From Tubulanus polymorphus (lineage: Eukaryota > Animalia > Nemertea): a stretch of DNA of 64,000 nt. Location: contig NC_134030.1 in the NCBI RefSeq assembly GCF_964204645.1, positions 17,236,110 through 17,300,109 of the forward strand. The letters are read 5' to 3'. The translations under genes were made by a program, and so were the position numbers. Below the pieces are notes generated by a model. The model was not told the DNA's origin and searched no databases. It saw only the letters and a list, made by a program, of their open reading frames with translations. Positions 13,659 through 25,479 of this stretch are shown one piece after another; the first letter of the stretch is position 1; each line of letters starts with the position of its first letter.

Positions 13659-14533
13659 AATCCCGTTGAAATGGTTGAAATCAACAATCACGTGATAGAA
13701 GAAAGGCCGGCTGTCAATGAACCTGTTCAAGCGCAGCCCGTAGACAATGATATTGTCCATGTGTAGCCGGTCAATGAGGAAGTGCAGAAGAGCCTGTAGC
13801 TGTTGAGGCAAATAAAGATCGGGGCTGATATTGACACTTTACCGGTAAACTAAAAAATTTAGCAATTAAGCTTTTTCGCAATTCAAGAAATTGTCATAGT
13901 GGTTCAGTCAAAGTCCGTTATAACGCCATCTGTTTTAATACCACTCCTTACTTAACATTATTATTATCATTAATTATTATTAATACCAACACTTTACCGA
14001 GAACAAATTCCCTTTCAAATTCTATCGAAATACCTTTATATCATAATGCTGAATTCATTATCGCACCATGTTTTTCAATGGTCCCAACAGGTATTAAGAC
14101 TATTACTGTAGGTCCATCTTGATTGCCTAAGTTTCTATTTACAATTTTCTGGTTTTAGGATGCATACAGCTTGTTAAATTACCAGACAGCCAGCAATGTC
14201 CGTCGGCTGGCCGGGAAAATTAAATCAGCTGGTCGCATGGCATGCTAGCTGATGGATGCCCTCTTTTCCTTAGATGAGATGCGGGGCAAAACATTGACGG
14301 GGCGTGATGGTACATCAATGCAGGTTGAACTGCATGTCAGATCGATTTACCAGGATCAACCTCCTTATCAGTAAGTCATTTCCAATTGTTTTTAATGGAA
14401 TAAATGTACATATATCAATTTTTACAAAGATAGGTCCTTCATATTTTTAGGGCACATGCTAAAGGAAATACGGGGGGTGAATGTAAACGACGTAAAAATC
14501 GCTATGAGACAAAAATTGAAAAAACTTCGTTGA
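13659..14533 (+). pseudogene. Multi-exon BEN-domain gene remnant (probable transposon accessory gene)
   Basis: AG/GT-bounded exons 14159-14370 (..AGRMAC*LMDALFSLDEMRGKTLTGR..) and 14451-14533 (HMLKEIRGVNVNDVKIAMRQKLKKLR*). The upstream exon from ~13659 has stops. Confidence 0.6.
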
Positions 14534-14814
14534 TCTGTAATTTGATATCAATTAAAAGTTATGAAGACAGCATGTGTAGTGTATATTGGTCAATTCTCAT
14601 GAGGTGAAAAGGGTTCATGTATTTCATGAGGAGGTGAGCCAGGATCTTAGTTTCAGACACCAGAAATTAGACCACAGAGGTTGTCCCTCTCATTACTGAC
14701 ATTGACCTGACATGTTACTATGGAATATGGACTAGAGGATTAATGGTGAATCAGCGGTGATTTGATACTGAAATACAAGGACGTCTATTCATCTATAAAT
14801 ATATCAGTTTTGTC

Positions 14815-14993
14815 AGAGATACACGTGTAATACGCGTGTAATTCATTAAGTACACGTGTATATAGGAAAATTACACGTGTAGTTTACCCTTTTACAAATT
14901 ACATGTGTATTACACGTGTGCTTTGCCCTAAATACACGTGTATAAGTGGGCCAATTTTTTTTTCATAATACACGCGTACCATTTTCATAAGGG
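14815..14993. mobile_element. CACTA/EnSpm-like right terminus with subterminal TACACGTGTA repeats
   Basis: At least 7 TACAC(G/A)TGTA-like motifs ending ...CATTTTCATAAGGG (a 5'-CCC type terminus). Confidence 0.5.
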
Positions 14994-15227
14994 GTAAGCT
15001 CAACCAAGCTTGGTATGCCCTGCTGAAATAACAAAAACGATTGAACAAAATCATAAAACAATGAAAATGACAACCGATATAGCCAATATAAGAAAGGAAC
15101 CTACATTTCATTACTGCATTAAATGTATGTAAATATCAGAGCCCAAGAAAGTTTCTAACGAATGTTATCGACTTCCCAAGCAAGTTATCAATCCGTGTGA
15201 TAGCAATATGGGATTGCAAGCAAGCCC

Positions 15228-17256
15228 ATGAAAACCAATGACCTTGAAACCCACCACAATCATAAAACATGTCAGCAGCTACGATTTTGTAATTCATTGT
15301 GATAACAAAATATGCCTTGTTACCAATTTAATATGGAAATACAAAGTTACTCTACTACTCGACGCCCCCTGGTGACCATATGCAAAACTCACCACAATCA
15401 CAGCACATGTCATGAACTACAACTTTGCAATTGATCATGGTAACCTACGTACCAATGTATGCCTACGTACCAATCTAATAAGGAAATACTAAGTTATTCT
15501 ACCATTCAACGCTCCCTGGTGACTATAGAATAACTAATGTCCTTAAAAATTCACCACAATCATAGACGATGTCATGAACTACAACTGCAATTAATCATGG
15601 TAAAAAATGTGCCTAGGTAGCAATCTAATAAGGAAAAGTTATTCTACTATTCAACGCCCCCTGGTGACCATATAGAATAACTAATGTCCTTCCAACTCAC
15701 CAAAATCATAGGAAGATATCATGAGCTACAACTTTGCAATTGATGTGGTAACAGAATATGCATAGGTACAAATATAATATAAAAATACTGAGTTGTTGTA
15801 TTATTCAACGCCCCCTCATGGCCATATACAAAAACCAATGACCTCATAACTCACGAAAATCATAGAACACGTTATGGGCTACAACTTCCCAATTGATTAT
15901 AGTAACACAATATGCTTAGGTATCAATTTAACGTGTAAAAACTTTTCCCACCTACAAATGAATACTAATGACACAAAGATGGCCGCCAATTGCGTCATAA
16001 TTGGCTGATCTAAAATACCTGAAGTTCCAGTGACTTTCCGTTGTTTCTTTTTCTTTTTAAAGCGTATTTAATATATAGTTCGATCTCACTCAAGAAAAAA
16101 TGCTCGTCAGGTTCTCCACCAATTGTCACCTCCGGGATCTTTGAATTTCGCTTGAGTGAGTGAAAATACCACAAAACGTCCGAGAAGAAAACAAGTCACA
16201 GCACACAGAGTTCCTATCTTCAGAGTTACTTTTATTACACGAACTGATCTCAACAATCTAAATATTTCTAGTGTTCTCCCAAATGGTCCAAAAACCCCGG
16301 TATATATAGTCAATTCCCCAACCCATCTCATTAGCGAACATTACCAAAACCCATTAACTTCTCGTTAGTGCAACAGTAAATATTTACAAAAGGACGTTAT
16401 ACGTGACAGTTTCACATCAAAATGTCACATTACTTTGCATAATGTTTTCCATCAGCAGTTGTTGCTTGCAGAAGCTAATAATACTTTGAATAATGTTCTC
16501 CATCAGCAGTTGTTGCTTGCAGAAGCTAATATCTACGAGCAACTGACGCGCATTAGTCGTAAGGTTCAATCTCACTACAAAAAGTTATATTAAAGCTGAC
16601 ACTGGAATTATTATCGTCAAAGTTTGAAAAGTTTTATCACGAAAGATGGCACTGCTGAATGAGTTGGATTATGAATTCAGAATAGTTTATGATATCGTTA
16701 GAAGATGGCAGCACTGCCTATGAATTGAGACTGCTGTTGAAACTCAATAATTCCGTTGTCACACAGGTATAAACCATCCCTTTCCAAAGAATATCCATCA
16801 CAATTTGCAATGAGAAATGGCAAACCAGTGGGAAGCTACAGGACCCAGAATTCCGGCCAAAATTGACATTTTTGGGCACTAAAAAGGTCATAGGACGGCC
16901 ATCTTTAGTCCGATCGACTCAATTTTTTTTGGTCATGCTGATGGGCCCTTGGTAGATTCAAATATATCAGAAAGATCAAGGTAATTGATCAAAGTCTCTA
17001 CAAAATTTCCCTCAAAAACTTCAAAAATGTGTAAAAAGTGCTGATTTTGGCGAACAGCAATGGCTGCCAGTCAGCCATCTTGATTCTGACAGGGCTAGTT
17101 TTTGGGCTGAAGATGTGTCTAGGGTAGATACATGTGTAACCCAAATATCAAGACATTACATTGAAGCGTCTTCAAACCTTCCCAAAATAACTGGATTACG
17201 TCGGACGAAAAGTGAACGAAATAGCCCGCTGGGACTAAAGTCCCAAGTGGGCTAAA
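15228..17256 (-). mobile_element. HINE-A copy interrupted by a ~740-bp unrelated insert (16022-16757)
   Basis: ~150-bp repeat units at 15361, 15509, 15655 and 15808, conserved block, and terminus GGGACTAAAGTCCCAAGTGGGCTAAAA at ~17231-17257. Confidence 0.8.
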
Positions 17257-17289
17257 AAGGTCACAGGTGTTACTACTACAGGAAACCAA

Positions 17290-19640
17290 GCACCACCAGG
17301 AGCAGCCCGAATCATCACGTTGTCGCCGATGAGGAGCAACAAATCCATTCAGCATCAATACCAATCTGGCAGCCGAGGCTGGATAGTGACACTCATAGTA
17401 TCGTTACTCGGCGGACATTTGACGGTACATAATATATACCCGACAGTAGTGGTTGCGCGGGTAACGCAAAAATATTGCGTCCAAAACCACAGGAAAAAGA
17501 CATAAATTGCGATGCGCCGCCTGCAGAGCTCTCGTTTATGGACATAAAATGTGTAAACTTGAGAAAGACATTTGAAATGTTCAATGCGTCTCTGACGGAA
17601 CACAATGCGAATTCGAGTCTCTGCGGGCAAACAAATTTTCAACCCGATCGTGCGATTAAGTGGGGATTGTGCTGGAAAGTGTCGGTACAATTGCGTGCAA
17701 TTGGAGAGGAAATCTGCACAAATTGTATGATGAAGTTGAACAGACACCGGGGAAACCAGGTCCCAGGGCTGCAGCACCGAATGTTGGCTTCCAGGTCGGA
17801 CTACAGGACTGTCCGATAGGCAACAGTCGGGTACGGTATCTGTTGGCAACGACGAACGTTTATCCGCCAGCGAGAAGCGGTATGCAGAAAACCGCCAACA
17901 AAGTAGGCAACGCCATCGCAGCTGAACGAGAGTGAAATGAGGGATCGCCGAGATGAATGTTAGCGAGTGAACGTACTGAGAGGACTCGCGGCAGACGCAC
18001 CAATAAACGTACAGGTCGATTGTCGATACAACAGTATAAGTATCGCCGGGCGACGAAAGATGGGACAAAACGCCTCTCAAGCAATCGGTATCTGTCGCGA
18101 GGACCAATCCGACAAGCATGCGATCATCGGAGCCTACCTACAGACGAAACTCTGTCCAACTGGTCAACGCCTACGTAATAAAGGACAAGAGGTCACGTGT
18201 CCAGGAGGACACCCGAACTGTACAAGCAACAGGGCGCCTCAAGAACCCCTCAGTGAGAGAGCTATCGGACAGCAAATCGGCAGTGATCTAAGCGAGTCAG
18301 GTCTGCACCTAAAATACGCAACCAGTGACGGAGACAGTCAGTGCGTAGATGGTTTACGTCAAGTGACAGGTGACGCGGTTGAACGTTTGACGGATATCGT
18401 ACACTTAGGACAGAGCCAACTTTTCTGATGACATGTTTCCACCCGGAGCGGATAAACAACAAGCAAAGAAGATGTTCGCACTCAATGTTAAAAGTCGATG
18501 CCACCACGAAAGATGGGACAAAACGCCTCTCAAGCAATCGGTATCTGTCGCGAGGACCAATCCGACAAGCATGCGATCATCGGAGCCTACCTACAGACGA
18601 AACTCTGTCCAACTGGTCAACGCCTACGTAATAAAGGACAAGAGGTCACGTGTCCAGGAGGACACCCGAACTGTACAAGCAACAGGGCGCCTCAAGAACC
18701 CCTCAGTGAGAGAGCTATCGGACAGCAAATCGGCAGTGATCTAAGCGAGTCAGGTCTGCACCTAAAATACGCAACCAGTGACGGAGACAGTCAGTGCGTA
18801 GATGGTTTACGTCAAGTGACAGGTGACGGATATCGTACACTTAGGACAGAGCCAACTTTTCTGATGACATGTTTCCACCCGGAGCGGATAAACAACAAGC
18901 AAAGAAGATGTTCGCACTCTATGTTAAAAGTCGATGCCACCGCGTATACAATGAGTTGCACCGCCAAAATGCTGGTAACATTGATATCATAAGGAAAAAA
19001 CTACCACGTATCATAGACGTTATGATTCAGTACTATAGCGGAGACTGTCGGAATTGTAGGAAGAATGTGGTTTCATGTGGATGTGAAAGGAAGACTTGTT
19101 GGTGGTACCGATCGCATTACCTATCAACGTATGGCTTGTCGCGATATCGGCTACGCATCACAGACAGTGACAAATTCAGGAAAGTGATTGAAATAAAATT
19201 CGGTACGGACAATGTACTCACCACAAGACTAAATACGAATACGAATAGATGCGAGTCTGCAAATCGATCTATCAGCGTTTCACTTCCGAAGAACGAGAAC
19301 TACGCTAAGAATTCAGCTGGCTGTCTGGCGTCAACAATACACAGATTAAATAACGCTGGCGCGAATTCAGCAGCAATGAAGCTAGTGTTCGTCGGAGCGT
19401 CCGTTCACCCGTCGAGGAAGCTAACAAAACTCTGTAACAGATAGAGCGCGAAAGTCTATATCACAGGAACAGACAAAATACCCACGACAGGACAGCGATT
19501 CGATCAAAACTACGCTCATGGAGAAATCATTGTCAATACAAGCGCAACCGTTCTGAAGACGAATATCGTAAAGGAATACTGGACCCACAACCAAACACAT
19601 CCAAGGCATGCCCAGTAGTGACGAAAAAACTAGCAATAAA
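17290..19640 (+). pseudogene. Mutator-like-domain (Kolobok-related) DDE transposase, frameshifted, with an internal tandem duplication
   Basis: KWGLCW, KLYDEV, NVGFQVGLQDCPIG, PPARSGMQKTANKV, INVQVDCRYN, TKLC..CTSN, TSDGDS and NTNRCESANR motifs spread across ORFs 17475, 17660, 17967, 18498 and 18869. Confidence 0.6.
18053..18940 (+). repeat. ~450-bp tandem duplication
   Basis: 18053-18505 is repeated at 18506-18940. Copy 2 lacks 17 bp between TGACG microrepeats. Confidence 0.9.
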
Positions 19641-19719
19641 TGATTAAGCCCTAATGATTTATCAGATCACACATATTCAAGAAATGATAAATCAGATCAC
19701 ACATATTCAAGATTGACAG

Positions 19720-20255
19720 ATGTTGCTGAATAAGATTAGAAGATATTTGATAACGAGACAGGTAGAGACAAAAATAGTTTTATATTTTATTTACACTAAA
19801 AGAAGAATCCATCGAAGGATGGTGACTTGTCTCTGTCGTATAGTTTAAAGTCAGAGAGGTTCATTCGAACATGCCCATCTAAAAAGTGTGTATATTGGCA
19901 TACAGCTACATCAACCTCTGCTAATGATAGTTTTTTTTAATCAGAAAATAGAAAGGTGCAATTCATAGTCATCCTTAATTAAGTATGCACACACAGAAAT
20001 TCTTTCTTATTCTTATATCTGAATAATTACCTTAGCTAATTTTTCCATTTTCTGTATGAAACTGGTACGATCAGTTGCCATTTTGACTGGATCTAGACAG
20101 CTGGCATTTCGAATGACAGTATATTTACATGGAGCCTTGCAATCAACAAAGTAAATTGGAGTATCACTATACCTAATAAATCTTGGACTCCTTTCTTGAA
20201 GTAGGATTTTTCGAAACATAACTTTAAACGATGAAGTTTTTTTCGTTAATGACAA
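19720..20255 (-). pseudogene. hAT-like transposase C-terminal fragment
   Basis: LQERSP..Y.VIRNASCLDP..M, ..DGFF.. and LVIKYLLIL segments resemble the region before the hAT dimerisation motif. Frameshifted. Confidence 0.45.
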
Positions 20256-20264
20256 GGCAACTGA

Positions 20265-20575
20265 GGAATTTCAGGCTTAAATCGAGCTGAAAATCAGCTG
20301 AAACTGAACACTGTGGGGGTACCAAATTAAGCTCTTTTTCAGCTCAATTTCAATTTCAAATAGTTGTTTCTATTTCAATAAATTCTGCTCATTTTCAGCC
20401 TTTTGTTGCCAGGCGTAATTAGAGCTGAAATCTAGCTGAATTTTCAGACACATATAAAATTTCGCCTTTTTTCAGCTGGTTTTCAGCCACACAATTTTCT
20501 GTTTATTTCCAGCTCATTTTCAGCCCATTTTCCGCTCATAATTCAGCTCTTTTTCAGCTCAAATTCAGCAATGGG
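20265..20575. mobile_element. CACTA/EnSpm-like terminus with TTCAGCT/AGCTGAA subterminal repeats
   Basis: Many TTCAGC(T)/AGCTGAA motifs in both orientations, ending ...AATTCAGCAATGGG. Confidence 0.5.
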
Positions 20576-20682
20576 TTGATAGTGGTAGACATTGTTTGGC
20601 GAATGACGGCTAGGTACCACTATCACATATCGTGAATTTTTTTCCGAAGATTTTCCATAATTCTAACCATAATAATACCAAA

Positions 20683-20772
20683 ACTAGGGGTCCAGGGACA
20701 CCATGGCCACTTGGGAAGTGGTTTCAAATGCTCAACAATCTTATAATTTCAATATTCAATGCCCCCTGGTGC
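20683..20772 (-). mobile_element. HINE-A 3'-end fragment
   Basis: ACTAGGGGTCCAGGGACACCATGGCCACTTGGGAAGTGG matches the sequence from 32211 onward. Confidence 0.8.
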
Positions 20773-22201
20773 CTGGTATTTCACTTTATGGTTTCAGATT
20801 ATCAAACCTATAATGACGATTTTGGTTGATGGAATTTCCTAATGAACGGCGACAATCCTGCACCCGAACAACAAAATGATCCGGCACCACAACAACAAAA
20901 TCCGGCACCCACACAAAACAATTGTAGCCACCATCAACATCAGCCACCGACCAAAAAAAAAATGATCGAAGAGCGAAAGCAATCAAGAGTAAGTGCCAAA
21001 ATTCGGTTAAGGGAACCTCGTTGTGTCAGTCTTTTTACAACTAGCTCTAGTTTTTCTAGTCGATATTCAGAAATGCATGTTCCATCGAGGAACTAAATGG
21101 TATGAAAAGGCCATCAGTACAGAAAACATTTAAACGAGTAAGATACAAGACCTATTCTCAGATCACTAATTTCTGTGTTCGGTTATGGTAAAACTATATA
21201 TTAAACTGTTTGCTTTGAATTCTAGATCGAAAGTGACCTCCAAATTGCCAACATTTCGCTGAGTACGACATCGATATTAGACGAAATGAGAAAGACCTGT
21301 AAATATAGGCAAGACGCAATGCGGATGTGAGTGTTAACTGACAGCTTATAATAGACCTATATTTTGATTCATTTTGCTAATGCATTTTCTATTTCTTCGC
21401 AGCAAACTAAAAAACGACAGAAAAAGAAATGCGCGAAAAGTAAAACTAACATTTAAAATGGGCAGGACGAGCGGGGAGCTGGGAAGCGGGGTCGAGACAT
21501 GGGTTGGTGAAAGACATTGTGGTAAGTACATTGTATATGTTGCAAAAATTAAATTTATTTTTCAAATGAAACTTCTTGTCATTTCGTCTTCATTTATAGG
21601 TAGGCCTATATTGGTTATTATTAAAAAAGTTTTTGCTCTGTTCAGATACATCTCAAAATCATCTTTTTGCAACCCAAAATTACAGCTTTTTTGGAGAATG
21701 ACCCGATGATGATGATGATGAAAACTGGCGTTTCAAATTAGAGGATACATACCGTAAATCACTGGATAGTAGGCCCTAAAGACAAATTTGGACTCAATTA
21801 GTATTGAACTTTCAGAGTTAAAGACTCTTGATTTCATTACAATAATTTGTTTTGGGATAGAATGTTTATAGATACCATTATAGATACCATCTCTAAACTA
21901 GTTTCAGCATCCGATTTTGTTGATTCGATATTCCGATAGGTGGCGGTTGGATCGGTGCAGATGCACATGGGCTCGTAACATTACTGATGTTTTAGTTTTA
22001 TGAAAAAAATAATGTTTTCTTACAGAAGTGGCGTACGTGATGGTGGAGGAAATTAAAGACCTCGCCGAGATGTTTGTGGTTTCGTGAAATTGGAGGGTAG
22101 GGAAGGGTTTTAAAATTCCACGTAATTATGTAATTGTTATTGATAACGAAGAGTAAAATCTGTGTTGAAGTTGTTACTAATAAGGCCAAATAATAAACAA
22201 T

Positions 22202-22676
22202 CAGAGTTGCCACTTATGTGAAGCTAAAAATCCGGAAAATAAGTCGGGGGTCTGGAAAAATTTTTGAAATTAGAACGCCAGGAGATGCGTTCTGGCGCAA
22301 TAAACATTATAGGCCTCATTTTCATTACCGCCTATAGATCATTTTTTCAAATAGCGATTGGTTCCGTCAAAGACACCTCATATATAATCAAGAGCCAAAA
22401 ACAAACGAAGCGTCAGTCGATTTCGATCGTCGCGTCATCTTGGTTTAATCGTGTACTGCGGGGTTGTTGCCACTACGTGGCAGCACAATACGGCTTTTTC
22501 GAACCCTCTACGGAGCCGTCACGTTTTGATGTTTAGGGTCGAATCCCGAATTTATTTTATTTTTTTCGCGATGTTTTCTTTTGTGGTTATTTGACTTCTC
22601 CCGAAAAATCCGGAAATGAAATTGGATTTTTTTTAAATCCGGAATTCCGAAGAAATCCAGAGAAGTGGCAACTCTG
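22202..22676. mobile_element. hAT-type MITE with 6-bp TSD
   Basis: Perfect 14-bp TIR CAGAGTTGCCACTT / AAGTGGCAACTCTG. AACAAT lies on both sides (22196-22201 and 22677-22682). Subterminal AATCCGGAA repeats. Confidence 0.8.
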
Positions 22677-22729
22677 AACAATTTTAATTAGTTTGTAGTC
22701 TAATCATCTAATGTTTTTAACCATTCGAT

Positions 22730-22900
22730 TCGACCTTTTCACGAACGTAAGTTAATTGGGTCTGTCCTTGCATGCTATCCCCTCAGTAGCCCTACTCCAC
22801 TGGATTATAACCTATCATGCTTAGTGTCATCTTCACCCGTCAAGGGATTTGAAACCCACTTAGCTAAAGCCGTTCCCCGAACCCGTTGACCTCACGGGTC
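22730..22900 (-). mobile_element. Possible tRNA-derived SINE
   Basis: The minus strand has a degenerate A-box (GTGAGGTCAACGG) and a B-box-like GGTTTCAAATCCC. Single copy in the window. Confidence 0.3.
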
Positions 22901-23098
22901 GTTGGAGACGTTACTAGCCGACCAGAATCAGGTCGGGCCAATCACAGCGCTTGTAAAAAACGACATTAGGCTTCTATGGATTTTCCCGGTAAATAGACCA
23001 ATCAGCGAACACGTGATAGTGTACATGTTGGACGAAAAAATCGCGCGTTGTCTGGAGCAATACCGGACTCCTGGCAAGCGAGGATGACTTAGTACAGT

Positions 23099-23132
23099 CT
23101 TAGAACTATAAACTTCTGTTTATAGTTCTATG
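23099..23132. mobile_element. 34-bp palindromic micro-MITE (P-element-like ends) with 7-bp TSD
   Basis: CTTAGAACTATAAAC-TTCT-GTTTATAGTTCTATG, flanked by GTACAGT on both sides. Confidence 0.6.
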
Positions 23133-23533
23133 GTACAGTGTACGCGAGCAGATCCGGCAACACGTGCCTATTGACGTGAGGTGAGTGTGAAAGACATGAC
23201 CTCAGCGACCAAGCCAATCATATTCCAGAAGTTCAAAGTAGGCGGAGCTTAAGTGTCATCAAGACAACCAATAAGCAAGTCGTACTGAGTAATGCAGCGC
23301 GCTTACATGTCAAGAATAGGCGCGTCGCCATGTAATGTAGCTTCTAGTTGTCATGCAAAAAATCCTGACACGATGCGAAAATTGTACCGGGAATTGTACT
23401 ATCTTTAAATTAACCCGGAGCTTCAATTCATCCAAAGTGGTACACCACCTTTTAAGGTAGTATTTTCGCAATTCAAACAGGTATTCGCATATTTAAGGTA
23501 AATTTTTGGTTGAAAGAACAGCCATTATATGTA

Positions 23534-25444
23534 GGTACGTGGCTAAACAATGTACACGCTGTGCACTGATCTGGTGTGACGCGGTTTCAGGACTTCCGCG
23601 GGGCACCTGTTAGCAAAATCGCTCTGATTGACCAGTTAAGGGATTCCCAGTGATGTCATCACGTCTATGACATCATAAACATCCGGGTCTTTCTTCTTCT
23701 TGTCGAATTTTCAAGATCGGTGGAGTGGTTGTGATTTGGTGATATTCCGGATTTTCAATGCTTTTTCAACGCCGGAGTTCAGTTTTAAAACTTATAAATG
23801 TATCAAATATATTATGTTTGCTGAATAAATATGAAGTTTGAAGTGTGTAAGATCATCAGAACTGTGTCAAATAATTTCCGGAAAATTTTGTGTTGCGACG
23901 ATTGGTGACGCCATCTTGGATTTTTACAACAAATTTTTCGTCGGTTTTATCACAAAGTTAACGGCTATTTAGCGTGGCTGCTTCAGTTTTATGGTGTCAA
24001 ATTATTTAATACAATGCTTTCTCATTATATGTCGTTTTGTTTAGGGTATTTTGGGTAGGGTGAGGGAGAAATACGGGTTTCTGTTTTGTTTACAGTTTCT
24101 ATTAAGACGGTCACGTGACCTGCATCCGGTCTGCTCATTGGCCAACTGGGTTTGACTGGTAAACAAACGCACGTGTTTTTTTGCAGAATGTAATGTACAA
24201 TGTATTTAGACCCATTTTAAACTAATTTTTTGCACTTTTTTTTCAGTATGATATGGCTGATGACAGCACATGCAATGAGGTTACCAAAAAGGGTGTTGGA
24301 AGACATTTTTTGGACACGTCATATGGAGAAATAGGCCTACTACAGAGTACTGCATCAATAAAAAATGGACACATTTTGCAAATATACTATAGCAATAAGA
24401 AGAGTTTGTCAAAGACAATCAAAGTAGTGCAGTCAAAATTTACTGACAATGAAAAACCAGAGTCATATCATCTGAAAAATGCGATTCATAAGTTGTTGAG
24501 GAAAGTGGGACAATTAAAAAAACTGACTGACTCTAGTGAGTTTGATCGATTTTCCACAGTGTGCGCTGATGACTTCGTAATATGCGTTTCTCGTCATCAA
24601 CAAGTATCAGCAGCAGCATCATCTACTGCAGTTGCAGAAACTGGCTCTGTTCAACCAGTTCAAGTGCAATCATCGGGATGCAGCAAATGTGCATCCCTAC
24701 GTCGGAGACTAAAAATATCTTTTGGGATACGTAAAGACATGGCTCAAAAGTATGAGACTCGGATAAGTGGACTTAAGGCATTGTTTTTGAAAAAACAAAG
24801 TGTGCGCTTTCTCAACCAGAAGATCAAAAGGAAAGATAATAAGATTCAGGAGTTAAGCTCAGCATCTCCTGATGCCGAACTCAGGACAAGTTTAGATGAT
24901 GCGAATAAAAATATAGAAATTTAAAAAGGAAATGCGATCGGCTGGAGGAGTCATGAGTGACAATTTAGATGTTAAAAAACTGAAATCCAATATTCAAGTC
25001 AAGGACAATGTTATTGTAAATTTGGAACATGAAAATGATCAGTTGAAAATGCCAGCTAGTGAACTCTTTGTCGATTAATTAATTAACTAATTAACACATT
25101 AGTTAATACATATTATGGATAGAGAAGATCTTTTTAGTTTGTTTAGTGACTTGTAAATAGGGCTATCTGCTCTCAAAATTTCATCAAGATATCTTGAATA
25201 GTAAAAAAGTTGGAAAGATTTTTCTATAAATTTTACTTGCAGCGATCACGGCTTATCCTATTGTTTTACCTTAATTATCCGTGCCAAAATTGTGCTAATT
25301 TTCCGATAGTCAAATAACCATAACTTTTTTATTATTTGAGGTGCAGAGGCCATCCTGGTATCATTTTCTAGCATTTTTAATGCTCTTTCTAACCATATAA
25401 GTGAAATTGTAATATGGGGATGTTGAAAATTTTAGCCACATACC
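23534..25444 (+). mobile_element. Internally deleted TIR DNA transposon (unclassified; GG..CC ends flanked by TA)
   Basis: TIR GGTACGTGGCTAAA / TTTAGCCACATACC (13/14 match). Contains ORF 24253..24924 after a splice acceptor. Confidence 0.65.
24253..25050 (+). pseudogene. N-terminal part of a putative transposase (CxxC plus coiled coil)
   Basis: 223-aa ORF inside the TIR element, with CSKC and a coiled-coil-like region. The coding sequence appears to break off around 25050. Confidence 0.45.
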
Positions 25445-25479
25445 TATTATATTATATTCTGCAGTGTCCTCCATAGCAG

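Noticed and set aside
17355-18119. 254-aa minus-strand ORF
   Set aside because: Antisense shadow of the plus-strand transposase, with no motifs.
20842-21096. Q/N/P-rich ORF with a possible splice donor
   Set aside because: Low complexity, with no recognisable domain or further exons that I could support.
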